Shown: positions 63,921-64,000 of the stretch, piece by piece
Position numbering within the stretch: the first letter of the stretch is position 1
How the letters are laid out: every line of letters begins with the position of its first letter
Source of the DNA: Camelus dromedarius
Lineage: Eukaryota
Assembly (NCBI RefSeq): GCF_036321535.1
Contig: NC_087437.1
Coordinates: forward strand, 80,354,001-80,418,000
Direction of reading: 5' to 3'
Length of the DNA: 64,000 bases
Position numbers and translations under genes: made by a program
Notes under the pieces: model-generated
Databases searched by the model: none
The model's input: the letters and a program-made list of their open reading frames with translations, nothing else
Told to the model about the DNA's origin: nothing

Positions 63921-64000
63921 ATCAGGTAACTCATCATCCAAACCAGAATGCCTGGAAAATGGAAAAGGACAGTATCATTAATTACACTGGTACAACAGGC

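Noticed and set aside
1..64000. CRISPR arrays, operons, prokaryotic defence or other novel multi-gene systems
   Set aside because: Sequence is mammalian repeat-rich DNA; no regularly spaced repeat-spacer array or dense coding region was seen

Overview
Repeat-dense mammalian genomic DNA, not prokaryotic. It is most likely from a camelid (alpaca, llama or camel). Two tRNA-derived SINEs resemble the camelid Vic-1 type, the L1 3' ends are of cetartiodactyl type, and I saw no Bov-tA/BovB, PRE-1 or Alu elements. I could not recognise any protein-coding gene. Every ORF in the track with a recognisable protein is a broken L1 ORF1/ORF2 or ERVL pol remnant; the rest look like chance ORFs. More than half of the window is transposable-element fossil. 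There are two large nested clusters: an old minus-strand L1 at ~8.5-15.7 kb and an old near-full-length plus-strand L1 at ~18.8-29.1 kb. There is also an ERVL pol/dUTPase remnant split by two LTRs (30-33 kb), two 5'UTR+ORF1-only L1 copies, young 5'-truncated L1s with visible target-site duplications (TSDs), and MIR/L2 relics. The most testable item is a MER41-like solo LTR (25021-25485) with an intact GAS (STAT) motif overlapping an NF-kB site. Several weak exon-like segments may belong to an unrecognised host transcript. Subfamily names come from my recollection of consensus sequences and need Dfam/RepeatMasker confirmation. I found no evidence for a novel multi-gene system.
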